From: a virus
Lineage: Duplodnaviria > Caudoviricetes
Length of the DNA: 31,016 nt
Reading direction: 5' to 3' (one strand)
Virus record (IMG/VR): IMGVR_UViG_3300025647_000171
Span: 1-31,016 of that record
In this document: positions 9,709 to 19,900 of the stretch, in pieces
How the letters are laid out: each line of letters opens with the position of its first letter
Numbering within the stretch: position 1 is the first letter of the stretch
Notes under the pieces: model-generated
What the model saw: only the letters and a program-made list of their open reading frames with translations
What the model was told of the DNA's origin: nothing
Database searches by the model: none
Made by a program: the position numbers and the translations under genes

Positions 9709-9858
9709 ATGGCTAATTGTAGAAGATGTAAAGCCAACGTAGGATGTGGTTGCAATTTGAAAGAGGGACTCTGTTCATATTGCGTTGCCCAAGACAAAAA
9801 ACATTTAATTGTAAATCCGAAAACTTCTGATGACGATGTTGTATCCAAGATTGACTAA
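9709..9858 (+). CDS. Small Cys-rich protein (49 aa), absent from ORF track
   Basis: ATG 9709 to TAA 9858 reads MANCRRCKANVGCGCNLKEGLCSYCVAQDKKHLIVNPKTSDDDVVSKID. It starts 1 nt after the upstream stop and fills the gap. Confidence 0.65.
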   Translation: MANCRRCKANVGCGCNLKEGLCSYCVAQDKKHLIVNPKTSDDDVVSKID

Positions 9859-10102
9859 TTGCATAAACTGCTCTGATATTCCCACACTACTTCAAGATAT
9901 TGAATGTAAAATTACAGAGGTTGCTAAAGATCTCTACAACAACACTGTGTTTTCATTAAATCAACCTATACCATTTGCAACAATGGTAGATTTATTGAAC
10001 TATAGAAGGATATTAAAATATAAATATTGTAACCCAGACTATGCTAAAGCATTCACCGTTGACATGATTGCAAGCAAAGTTAAACTTCTAAAATATAAAT
10101 AA
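9830..10102 (+). CDS. Putative tail hub protein B (start may be 9836)
   Basis: About 90-aa helical protein with CxxC, abutting the next gene (TAAATG). Assignment is by synteny. Confidence 0.45.
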   Translation: MTMLYPRLTNCINCSDIPTLLQDIECKITEVAKDLYNNTVFSLNQPIPFATMVDLLNYRRILKYKYCNPDYAKAFTVDMIASKVKLLKYK

Positions 10103-11230
10103 ATGGCTTGTTCAAACTGCTTCAATGGATGTACTGATATTACATCTGATCAATGTGTAAGATATACAGGTATTGATATTCCTGGCCTAGGAATAGTAAC
10201 AGGTGACTCTCTTGCTAGTGTTGAGTTGCAAATTTCAACATATATTCTTAGCATCATTAGTGGTGAAGGTATAATTCCTACAATTGATCCAGAAGATCTT
10301 TGTCCTTTAGTAAGTTTATTTCTTCCAGAGTCTGGAGATATAACATTGAATGATGTTATTTCAGCATTAATTCAATCAATTTGCAATCAGAAGATTATTA
10401 CTGACTCACTCACTACAACTATAAATGTCCTAAATGCAGATTATGATATAGGATGTCTTCAAGGTGTAACAGTTTCTTCTGATACACATGATATACTTCA
10501 AGCTGCAATTACAAAGTTATGTGAGACAGATACAGCTCTTACAGCTTTCATTCTTGATGTTACTACAAATTATGTTCAATTAGCTGATTTAAATAATTTA
10601 ATTCAAGCCTACTTAGATAGCATATCTACAGCAAATCTACAGAAGACTAAAATGGTTCCTTATGTTGCCTATGAGTATTATGGCTCTTTGGATAATTTCA
10701 GTATTTCTGGTGTAGGAACAGGTGGATTTATAGATGTTTTTTTATGTAATGGAGAAAATGGAACACCAGACAAAAGAGGTAGAGTTGCTGTAGGTGTTAC
10801 AACTGGTGTAGGTGGTGGAGCAATGAGTGTGGTTGTTGATCCATCTGTATCAGGTAATCCAACATATTTAGTAAATACATTACAAGGTTTGAATAATGTA
10901 GTTCTTACAGAAAATCAAATTCCTTCACATACGCACATAGCAACAGCAACTTCAACAGCTGATCCACATTCACACTTCATTGCTAGAAATGCTCCACAAA
11001 ATGGAGATATAACTTCTTCAGGTACTCTTGATAGTTTTAGTGATAGTGGTGATAATACTTATAAATATAATCTTAAACAAGTAATTAGTGGAGTGGCAAA
11101 TCTTGGATTGACTAGTCTACAAACTGTAGCAGTGTCAACAAGTGTTACTGTAACTCCTACTGGAACAGGATTAGGTCACAACAATATTCAACCATCAATA
11201 GGTGCTTATTACATAATGTATATCCCATAA
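10103..11230 (+). CDS. Tail fibre protein with collar domain
   Basis: 'FLCNGENGTPDKRGRVAVG' is a phage tail-collar motif. 'LTENQIPSHTH', 'PHSH' (HxH metal sites) and C-terminal 'HNNIQPSIGAYYIM' are typical of short-tail-fibre-like proteins. Cys-rich N-terminus. Confidence 0.75.
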   Translation: MACSNCFNGCTDITSDQCVRYTGIDIPGLGIVTGDSLASVELQISTYILSIISGEGIIPTIDPEDLCPLVSLFLPESGDITLNDVISALIQSICNQKIITDSLTTTINVLNADYDIGCLQGVTVSSDTHDILQAAITKLCETDTALTAFILDVTTNYVQLADLNNLIQAYLDSISTANLQKTKMVPYVAYEYYGSLDNFSISGVGTGGFIDVFLCNGENGTPDKRGRVAVGVTTGVGGGAMSVVVDPSVSGNPTYLVNTLQGLNNVVLTENQIPSHTHIATATSTADPHSHFIARNAPQNGDITSSGTLDSFSDSGDNTYKYNLKQVISGVANLGLTSLQTVAVSTSVTVTPTGTGLGHNNIQPSIGAYYIMYIP

Positions 11231-11278
11231 AATATACAGATTGACATAAGTGATTTAAACTCTTACAATAAACAGTCT

Positions 11279-11899
11279 ATGTATATTTACATTGTTCTTA
11301 CTTCAGTTGGTGATGATGCTGGTCCGTTTAATCTGTATTCAGATGTAGATGGTTATGTTTCTGCATTTTCAAGTAATGTTAGTAAAGCAACTTTGGAAGC
11401 TGGATATTCAGTAGAAGTTGCAGATGGTACAACTATTATAAGAATAGTTAGCACTGGAGTATGTAACGGTACGTATTATGATTTTTCTGTTACTGGAGGA
11501 CCACCACCTTCAACTACTACTACTACAACACTAAATCTTTATGAAAATTATTGGTATTATGGGAAATACAACTTACCAGGAGGAGTTGTTCCTATTCCTA
11601 CAGAGTTTGATATTGATGTTCTCACAGGAACATTAGTAACTCTTTCACATCCATCTTTACCAATCTCAATCCCATTCAATTCAGCAAATGATGATTTCTT
11701 GTGGTTTGCTACTCCAGTTTCTTCTGGTTTAAAATTGCAATGGTATATTGATATCTTGAATCAAGGTGAGATTGGAGGAGCAGTTTCTAGATTTGGAAAT
11801 TTATTTCCAGACCCAGTTTTAGTAACTTATAATGGTGTACTAATGAATCTTTACATTAGTAATTATAGAACAAATCTATCAACAATAACCATAAGCTAA
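11279..11899 (+). CDS. Virion accessory protein: N-terminal 'GPF' domain + Thr linker + beta-rich domain
   Basis: First ~70 aa clearly paralogous to ORF 23775 (GPFxLYSDVDGY...LEAGY...GTTIxRxxSTGxC), followed by a PPPSTTTTTT linker. Confidence 0.6.
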   Translation: MYIYIVLTSVGDDAGPFNLYSDVDGYVSAFSSNVSKATLEAGYSVEVADGTTIIRIVSTGVCNGTYYDFSVTGGPPPSTTTTTTLNLYENYWYYGKYNLPGGVVPIPTEFDIDVLTGTLVTLSHPSLPISIPFNSANDDFLWFATPVSSGLKLQWYIDILNQGEIGGAVSRFGNLFPDPVLVTYNGVLMNLYISNYRTNLSTITIS

Positions 11900-12612
11900 T
11901 GGCTGTAAATAATTTCAATGATAACATTAGAGTAAATGCAAATAAGCCTTTAGATTTTAAATTTGGGCCATTTGATGACATTGCTCAAGCAAATTCATTA
12001 ATACCTATTGCACAAAGGTATCATGGTTTGATATTTGGTATTTATACTCAGCCATTAGATGTTGCTATTAGTGATATTGATTATTTTTATTACTATGATG
12101 GATTAACAGATGTTGATTACAAGCCTTTTGATGGACAAATAATATCAGGCACTACAAATTATGTTTCCAAGTTTAATGTAACTGGTGACAACCTAGAAAA
12201 CTCTCAAATATTTGATAACAATACTAGCGTAGGGATTGGTACAATCAGCCCTACAGAAAAACTAGATGTAAACGGTAACATAAAAGCTGACGGTCAGATT
12301 TATTCTCCTGCAAACGCTAAAGGAAATAGTGGTGCAGCTACGGTTGCATTTAATTGGAATGAAGGAAATATACAAACTGTAACTATGACTGGAAATGCTA
12401 CATTTACCTTTAGTAATCCACAGTCTGGTGCTTCTTATCAAATAATCATTACGCAAGATGTTACAGGAGGAAGAACAATTACTTGGCCTACAATTAAGTG
12501 GGAAGGTGGATCTGCTCCTTCATTAACAGGAACAGCAAATAGTAGAGACATTGTAACATTGACCTATGATGGGTCAAGTTATTATGGAGTTATAGCTAAA
12601 AACTTTGCATAA
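11899..12612 (+). CDS. Tail fibre / adaptor protein
   Basis: 'VGIGTISPTEKLDVNGNI' fibre repeat and a C-terminal beta-sandwich ('ITQDVTGGRTITWP...SRDIVTLTYDGSSYYG') common at phage fibre ends. Confidence 0.65.
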   Translation: MAVNNFNDNIRVNANKPLDFKFGPFDDIAQANSLIPIAQRYHGLIFGIYTQPLDVAISDIDYFYYYDGLTDVDYKPFDGQIISGTTNYVSKFNVTGDNLENSQIFDNNTSVGIGTISPTEKLDVNGNIKADGQIYSPANAKGNSGAATVAFNWNEGNIQTVTMTGNATFTFSNPQSGASYQIIITQDVTGGRTITWPTIKWEGGSAPSLTGTANSRDIVTLTYDGSSYYGVIAKNFA

Positions 12613-12614
12613 TC

Positions 12615-14234
12615 ATGAGCATAATACCATTTTCATATTGGAAGAATCATTTCACTTATGAGTACCTACCATCAGCTGACTATCCTACCTATGGCTGGTC
12701 ATTTTGGAAACGTAATCCAGACTACACAGGTGCTTGCATTAGAGTGAGAAGAAGCTCAGACAATACTGAACAAGATATTGGGTTTGGCTCTAATAACTAT
12801 CTTGATGTTGCTGCCATGCAATCTTTTGTAGGCGCAGGAACTGGATGGCTTGTCACATGGTATGCTCAATTTGGAAGCATAAACCTTAGTAACATATTTT
12901 CAGGTAACACTGGGTATATGCCTAGGTTAATTATATCTGGAACTCTACAGACTTTTTCAAATGGTGTTGCGTGTATTCCATTTGGAAATGGAACAATTGA
13001 AGGGTACACAAACTTAGGTGGGGGTAGTGGAACAAATATGATGACCAGATACACATCCACAATTTTTTGGTCAGAAGAAAACACAGCTTCTGTTGCAAAT
13101 CAACTTGCTGGTTTTACTAATAACAATGGGTTATTTGCATTTAGAGATTCTGTTTCAGGAAATTTAACTAGAGTTTATTTTGATGTAGGTGTTACTGAAA
13201 ACTATTTCATAAACACATCGAAAGAACTTGAAGGTTATAATAACTTCACTAGCTGTTATCCTCCTGATTTATACCAAGCTGCAAATTACAGAGCTAGTAT
13301 TGAAGGCCACAAGCTGTTTGCTATGCGTGGTGTAGGATACGATACTTCTTTAGGTACTGGCTTTGTTTTAGGTGGACGATGGGACAACTCAACTACATAC
13401 TCTAGAATCAAAATGAATGAGTGTTTGATTTACAACAACCAAACACTTTCAGAAGCTAAAGTTAAAGAAGTACAGAATGTTTTAAATGCTTCTCAAAATT
13501 GTTATGACTTAAATGATGTCACAGACAATTTAGTATTGTGGTATGATGCAGGTAATACGTCTTCTTACCCAGGATCAGGAACTGCTATTACAGATTTATC
13601 AGTAGCAGGAGCAAACGGAACCTTACAAAATGGGACAGCTTATTCATCAGCAGATGGTGGAAAATTTGTATTGGATGGTACAAATGATTGGATAAATACT
13701 ACAGGAACAACTGTTTACCCTTGGTTCGTAGGAGGTGGAGATTATTCTATTGAGGTGTGGGTGAAGTTTTCAAATGCCAACCATAGTGCAAGAATCATGG
13801 GTAATAGAAATTCTAGCACTGGGGTAATGATGTCTTCAATTGCAGGGACAATTGAGGTTAACGGAAACATTACAGCAAGTAAGAAATTATCATTTGCCAT
13901 AACAAACGTTGGTGCATCAAGAGCTCAGTGGATGTACACCACAAATGATGTTATAGATGGAAATTGGAAGCATTTTGTGTTTACTAGAATATCAAGAGAT
14001 TTAAAGGTTTATGTAAATGGCGTGAGTCAATCAATGACAGCTGTCAATACAGTGGGTTCTCCAAGTGATATTTACATAAACAGCGAACGAACTTGGAGAG
14101 TAGCAGATGCTGGAGAAGGAACTGGAGGTCAAGGTGCATTTGATATTTCTATAATACGATTGTATAAATGTGAACTGAATCAATCTCAAGTGACACGAAA
14201 TTTTAACCTAGAAAAATCAAGATACGGACTATGA
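12615..14234 (+). CDS. Receptor-binding protein with two ConA/LamG-like lectin domains
   Basis: C-half is LamG-like (LVLWYDAG...SYPGSGT, SIEVWVK, WKHFVFTR, VYVNG, IIRLY). N-half 'YTGACIRVRRSSDNTEQDIGF' resembles arabinofuranosidase-B-like ConA-fold domains. Confidence 0.7.
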   Translation: MSIIPFSYWKNHFTYEYLPSADYPTYGWSFWKRNPDYTGACIRVRRSSDNTEQDIGFGSNNYLDVAAMQSFVGAGTGWLVTWYAQFGSINLSNIFSGNTGYMPRLIISGTLQTFSNGVACIPFGNGTIEGYTNLGGGSGTNMMTRYTSTIFWSEENTASVANQLAGFTNNNGLFAFRDSVSGNLTRVYFDVGVTENYFINTSKELEGYNNFTSCYPPDLYQAANYRASIEGHKLFAMRGVGYDTSLGTGFVLGGRWDNSTTYSRIKMNECLIYNNQTLSEAKVKEVQNVLNASQNCYDLNDVTDNLVLWYDAGNTSSYPGSGTAITDLSVAGANGTLQNGTAYSSADGGKFVLDGTNDWINTTGTTVYPWFVGGGDYSIEVWVKFSNANHSARIMGNRNSSTGVMMSSIAGTIEVNGNITASKKLSFAITNVGASRAQWMYTTNDVIDGNWKHFVFTRISRDLKVYVNGVSQSMTAVNTVGSPSDIYINSERTWRVADAGEGTGGQGAFDISIIRLYKCELNQSQVTRNFNLEKSRYGL

Positions 14235-14695
14235 TGTACTTAAGAATAAATCAAGATGGGTCCATTAGGTATCCATACAACTTGGAAGAACTTCGAAGTG
14301 AAAATCCTAATACATCTTTCTTTGATGTTATACCTATAGAGACGTTGTTGAATTACAATGTTCATGTCGTATATCCTGTAGGAAGAGGAAGTGACTACAC
14401 CAAAAATTACACTGAGGGAACTCCTCAATTAATCAATGGTCAATATTTCCAGAATTGGATTGTCACTGATGCTACGCAAGAAGAAATTGAAGAAAGATTA
14501 GATGTTCAGTGGAATCAAATAAAATTAATTCGAAATCAATATCTTTCTCAATCAGATTGGACTCAGTTGCAAGATTCTCCATTAACAATAGAAGAAAAAA
14601 ATAAATGGATGATTTACAGACAAAATTTAAGAAACGTAATTAACCAAAATAATCCATTTGATATTATTTGGCCGACAGTTCCAGCCAATAAATGA
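14231..14695 (+). CDS. Phage tail fibre assembly chaperone
   Basis: C-terminal 'RNQYLSQSDWTQLQDSP...WMIYRQNLRNV...IIWP' matches the phage tail assembly chaperone signature. Confidence 0.8.
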   Translation: MMYLRINQDGSIRYPYNLEELRSENPNTSFFDVIPIETLLNYNVHVVYPVGRGSDYTKNYTEGTPQLINGQYFQNWIVTDATQEEIEERLDVQWNQIKLIRNQYLSQSDWTQLQDSPLTIEEKNKWMIYRQNLRNVINQNNPFDIIWPTVPANK

Positions 14696-14720
14696 ATCAT
14701 GTAAATAATTAGATTTTGAT

Positions 14721-14728
14721 TAAATTTG
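14721..14728 (+). promoter_or_regulatory. Candidate Bacteroidota sigma-70 -7 box (TAAATTTG)
   Basis: Matches TAnnTTTG in the intergenic gap, 34 nt before ATG 14763. The -33 element is not clear. Confidence 0.4.
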
Positions 14729-14762
14729 AATACATATAATTCTAAAAATCAACAACAGTGAA

Positions 14763-15491
14763 ATGTCTACTTTAAGAAAATTAATATCTGATGTGCGATC
14801 TATGCACAAACTCTTATCCACAGATAGCTCAATTACTGATAGAGCAATAGGTTCTGAGGTTAGAAATAATTCATTACTGTTGATAAAAAGAGAAACAAAT
14901 CTTAGAAAGCTTTGGGCTACTGATACACTTTTTACAACAATCCCATGTCTTGAATTGTGCGAAGTTCCAATTTCAGAATGTTGTGATTATGTAGATGAAT
15001 GCACGGTAGCAAGATCTACACATAAACTTCCTAAAATATCTGAAGGAAACTACCAATACGTTATTCAAGGTGTGTATTCAATAAATGCACTATCTGGAAA
15101 AGGTAAGAAAGTAAAAGAAATAACTATCAATAGATACCTTAATTTATTGAAACTTCCTGTAATTAAAAAAGAAGAGTATTTCTGGATTTCAAATGATTAT
15201 ATTTACGTTAGTAATCCATCCCTACAAGCTATTAGATTGGTAGCACTCTTTGAAGGAGATATACCAAATAATGTTATGTATCCTGATTGTGGTTGCGGAA
15301 CTCCTAACTACACTACGGATCAACTCTGTAAAAATCCTCTAGATAAAGAATTTTCATTACCTGGATATCTTGAAAAGCAAGTGTTAGACTTAGTCTCACA
15401 AAAGCTTTTACAAACATATTTCAACCTGAAAACTGATATGACAGATGATGGAATTGATGGTCAATCACCAAACTCTCCACAATTTAGATGA
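14763..15491 (+). CDS. Tail ring protein
   Basis: 242 aa, adaptor-like layout (N-terminal helices, beta core, 'FSLPGYLEKQVLDLV'). Synteny upstream of the IHF-like gene. Confidence 0.6.
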   Translation: MSTLRKLISDVRSMHKLLSTDSSITDRAIGSEVRNNSLLLIKRETNLRKLWATDTLFTTIPCLELCEVPISECCDYVDECTVARSTHKLPKISEGNYQYVIQGVYSINALSGKGKKVKEITINRYLNLLKLPVIKKEEYFWISNDYIYVSNPSLQAIRLVALFEGDIPNNVMYPDCGCGTPNYTTDQLCKNPLDKEFSLPGYLEKQVLDLVSQKLLQTYFNLKTDMTDDGIDGQSPNSPQFR

Positions 15492-15973
15492 GAACAGCAG
15501 TAGATTGGAGAAGTGGTTCGAGAGATAATTATCTAGATTTTAAAACTAAGAATCCTGATATCAATCTACTATATGATGATTGGAAAAAAATTATATACGG
15601 ATTCAATTACATGTTTGCTGAACACATTCTTGAAACTGGTGAGAAGATTAAACTTCCGTCTGGTTTAGGAGAGTTTGCAATTAATAAAAGAAAAAGAAAA
15701 AAAGTAAAGGTTGCTGATGGTAAAGAATATGTAAACTTAGCTATTGATTGGAAAAAAACTAGAGAGAAGGGAAAGTATATTTATAATTTCAATTATCATA
15801 CAGAAGGGTATTTCTTTGGATGGATATGGTTTAAACATTTAGCAACTACAAGATTTAAGTATTCTGATTTATGGTATTTTAAACCATCAAGAAATAATTC
15901 AAGATTGTTGAATCATTATTTGAAAGTTGACGAGAAATACCAGCATACATACGCAACGTGGTTAATTAATTAG
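15488..15973 (+). CDS. HU/IHF-like DNA-binding protein
   Basis: 'ILETGEKIKLPSGLGEFAINKRKR' resembles the HU/IHF 'GE.V.L.GFG.F' core. Basic protein; IHF-like genes are conserved in the crAss-like tail module. Confidence 0.7.
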   Translation: MRTAVDWRSGSRDNYLDFKTKNPDINLLYDDWKKIIYGFNYMFAEHILETGEKIKLPSGLGEFAINKRKRKKVKVADGKEYVNLAIDWKKTREKGKYIYNFNYHTEGYFFGWIWFKHLATTRFKYSDLWYFKPSRNNSRLLNHYLKVDEKYQHTYATWLIN

Positions 15974-15975
15974 AA

Positions 15976-16950
15976 ATGTCATACTATTATAAATATCAAT
16001 TCGTAAGTCCAGATTCAATCTACGCTACAGTAAAGGAAGAGTTGAAAAGCTACTTTGATACTGGTGCAGTGGATGATTTATTATTTCCAACCTATTTAGA
16101 TAAATGTCTAAGAAAGTTAGGAAGGGCCACTTACGTTATTTCTGAATCAGCATTAATCATTGAAGACTTCCAAGCAAGACTTCCAGATAATTTTCATGCT
16201 GTACGTGAAGCGTGGATGTGTACACAAATCAATGGTTTTCCATATCAATCAGCTAATTCTTTCTATTCACAAGCTGCTACACAGACAACTATTCAAGTGT
16301 CACCTTTAACAATCCAAGGGAACGCTTGTAACAATCCTTCTTGCAACGAACCTCTTTGTGATGGAACTTGTATGCCTGAATTAATTCAAGCTGTTTACAA
16401 GACGAATAATGAGGTTTCTATGACATACCAGAAAGAGTATCTTCTTAAACCTGGTAATATATCTGCTAGAAGTCATTGTGATGTCAGTTATACAAATGCT
16501 TGGAATGCTGATGAAAATCTTGCGCCAATAAATAATTCTACTCCAGGAGCATCTTCATATGATTCATTTGATATTAGAGATAATAAATTTGTAACCAATT
16601 TTAGAAATGGAATTGTCCATTTTATTTTTTATGCTCAAGATTATGATAATCTTGGAAATCAATTAATTCCTGACAACTATCGTGTAAGAGAATATTTAGA
16701 ACATTTTATCAAGTATAAAGTATTTGAGATTTTAACAAATCAAACTAATGATGAAACGTTTAATCAATTGATGCAAAAGTTAAATTATTATAAAAGCTTA
16801 TCGGATGAAGCATTTATAATGGCTGATATGGAGTTGAGAAAACAAGACCCATATACAAAACAGCAAAGGATTAAGCAAGGTTTGAACAGGTTTCAGATGT
16901 ACGAGCTTCCAAACAGAACCAATCGTTACGGAAGAAGAAGAAATAATTAA
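15976..16950 (+). CDS. Tail tubular / ring protein (portal-proximal adaptor type)
   Basis: 'ARLPDNF' and 'NQLIPDNYRVREYLEHFIKYK' motifs, located immediately upstream of the muzzle gene as in crAss-like phages. Confidence 0.65.
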   Translation: MSYYYKYQFVSPDSIYATVKEELKSYFDTGAVDDLLFPTYLDKCLRKLGRATYVISESALIIEDFQARLPDNFHAVREAWMCTQINGFPYQSANSFYSQAATQTTIQVSPLTIQGNACNNPSCNEPLCDGTCMPELIQAVYKTNNEVSMTYQKEYLLKPGNISARSHCDVSYTNAWNADENLAPINNSTPGASSYDSFDIRDNKFVTNFRNGIVHFIFYAQDYDNLGNQLIPDNYRVREYLEHFIKYKVFEILTNQTNDETFNQLMQKLNYYKSLSDEAFIMADMELRKQDPYTKQQRIKQGLNRFQMYELPNRTNRYGRRRNN

Positions 16951-16955
16951 TATTT

Positions 16956-19900
16956 ATGGCTGAGCAAGAAGAAAGTAATGTAAAGCAGGAGTTTAATAAT
17001 GCTACAACTGGACTGAATTTAGATCAAACACTCAATCAAATTCAAAAAGGTAAGCTTACTTACGCACTCAATGCTGCTGTTGAAAACTTTGATTCAAATT
17101 CTGTTAATTATCAAAATGAGTTGGGGAATGAATTTTGTGTAAAATTCCCAGAAAGTTTTGTACTAATTGGAGATCATTTCATTGTTGAGCAGAATAAGCA
17201 TATATTTTATATTACTAATCCATTAACTGGAGACAGTCAAATTGGATATATGGAAAACAACGATTGTCAATATCGTGTGTTAGTGAATTCTCCTTGCCTA
17301 AACTTTGACATAAACCATCCTATTCATAAGACTGTACACAGAATTACTAATTGTAGTACAGAAATTTATTGGACAGATGGTGTTAATCCAAGAAGATATT
17401 TAGACATTAATGATATTCCAAAGATATTAAGATCGGGAAGTCCATTGTGTAGTCCTATTTACACAGATGATGTAGATTGTAATCAATTAAAACTTCAGCC
17501 AAATTTCAATATTCCTATTTTGGAAGTTGTTGACGTTGTTAGTGGGGGTAATCTTATAGCAGGAACTTATCAATTTGTTATACAATATTCTGATCCATCT
17601 GGTAATCCATTCACATCATATTACTCAGTTACCAATCCTACACCGATTGCTGATGAGTTTGTTACAAGTCCTAATTTTAACTACCCAGTAGGTAAGTCAA
17701 TAATTGTCAACATTGCTAATCTTGATGTAACAGGACAGTTTGATTATTATAATCTAGCTGTTATAAAGACAATTAATGCAATATCCTCTGTAGATTTAGT
17801 TGGTACATTTTTTATTGACAACACTTCAAATCAACTAACGTACACAGGTCAATCAATAATCCAACTTGCAATTGGTGATATTTTTGAAAAGTTTCCATAT
17901 TATGAAATAGCTCAAGACATTACTGTTGTTCAAGACGTATTAGTTTGGGATCAACTTACATCTATTGATAGAATCAATTATCAAGATATTGCAAACAAAA
18001 TAACTCTTCAGTGGGAATCTTATAGAATACCTGCAACAGAAAATTATGCTGATGAGATAAATGCAACTAACCTTCGAGGATATCTTCGTGATGAAGTTTA
18101 TTCTTTTGAAATTGTATTTCTTTTAAAGAATGGAAAACAGACAGACGGTTTCCACATTCCAGGAAAGGTAATATCCACGTATGAGCAGCTTTTTCCAAGA
18201 ATACCTGCTAGTAATCCAGACTTTGTAGGTGAACCAAATCCTGATACAAATGATGCTCCGTATTGGAAAATATACAACACAGCAACTGTATCTGGATTCT
18301 CACCACAATATTCACCAAACAAATCTTACAAAGGTCCATATCAATATGGTGAATTTTCTTATTGGGAATCTGTAGAAGAATACCCATGTAATGCTGACGT
18401 GTGGGGAGAATTAGCTGGACAAAAAATTAGACATCATAAATTCCCAGATGTAAACATTTCTCCAATATACGAGAGTAAGGTATTTAGTACATCAAGTGGA
18501 ATGACAATGGGTAATGATGCAGTTTTCCCTATTGGTGTAAAAATTGATCCATCACAAATAACTTCTGCACTGAACTCTTCAAGTTTTACAAGAGAAGAGC
18601 GAGAGGATATTGTAGGGTATAAAATTGTACGTGGTGATAGAGGTGTTAATAAATCAATTGTTGCAAAAGGGATATTAAGAAATGTTGGAGAGTATGTAAG
18701 AGATGAACAATCGTATTACTTTCCTAATTACCCATATAATGATCTAAATGAAGATCCTTTCTTAACCACAACAAATAACGCATATCAATCAGAATGTGAA
18801 CCATTTGATATTTATATCACGGTATTGGGTTCAAATCCTGTTGATGGTTTACCTTTAACAAGATTGCAATATTATGATTGTAACAATAACAAAATTGTTT
18901 ACAAGGATTATACAGAATTAACAACTGATCAAATTTGCTCCACTCAAAAACCTATTATAATTATTGGTGGAGGTGATGTTGGATATGCTAATTACGATGT
19001 TTACATAATTGATGATGGAGCATTTAATAATTGGGAAGCTCAATGGGATGATAGATTTTTAGGAATTACAACTCAAACTGTATATAGTCGTGAGATAAGA
19101 ATAGAAGTAATTGCTGGTACTGTTCCTGTATGTATAGATAATTGTAACAGTCTTGATGATAGAGATATTGTTCTAAGTGATCAAGTTAGAGCAGGTACAT
19201 CTTGTGGCGGTGTAACTCTTCTCAATGCTTTTACTGACGATAGTAAATACAGACAAGTATTTAATTCTCCAGAAACATCATTTGGACAACCTTTCTTAGG
19301 AAATATATTAAAGCTTGAGAGTGTAATGTTTGGTACAGGTAAAGCCCACTTTACAGAAGTAAAGGATAATGCTAAGTACAAACTTCTCACTGAAGCTGCT
19401 CAGAAATCTGCATTAGACAGTTCTGCAAGACTTGGAGCTATTACTAGCGAATTCAATGCAACAGCAATGTTTACCGCTTATCAGGCATATTTAACCATTT
19501 ATGTAAATGGAATCACTAGAAAGAATTATGCTTATTCATTTAATTCTATAGCTGATTACAATTATGGAGTGGGTATTCCAGATCAACAAGGTGTTAAACA
19601 AAGAAAGATTGACAATATAAGATATCTAATTCCAGGAGTTCAATCAGTTAATGATGAATTCCCAATAAACAATTGGAATAGAGAGAGCTCAGTTTACATT
19701 AAAACTGAAGCTGATACACCCGCATTACCTTATCCCGATAGAAGCCCTAATATGGTTTCTGGGATAAATAGTATTGTTTCAGAAAGATCTCGCTTTACGA
19801 TCTCTGAAATTGGCAATTGTGGATCTCCAGGAAAAGAACAACCTCTACAAGTTGTTTCATATTATGGATCAATTAAAAATGATGTAATTAATCAATGGGG

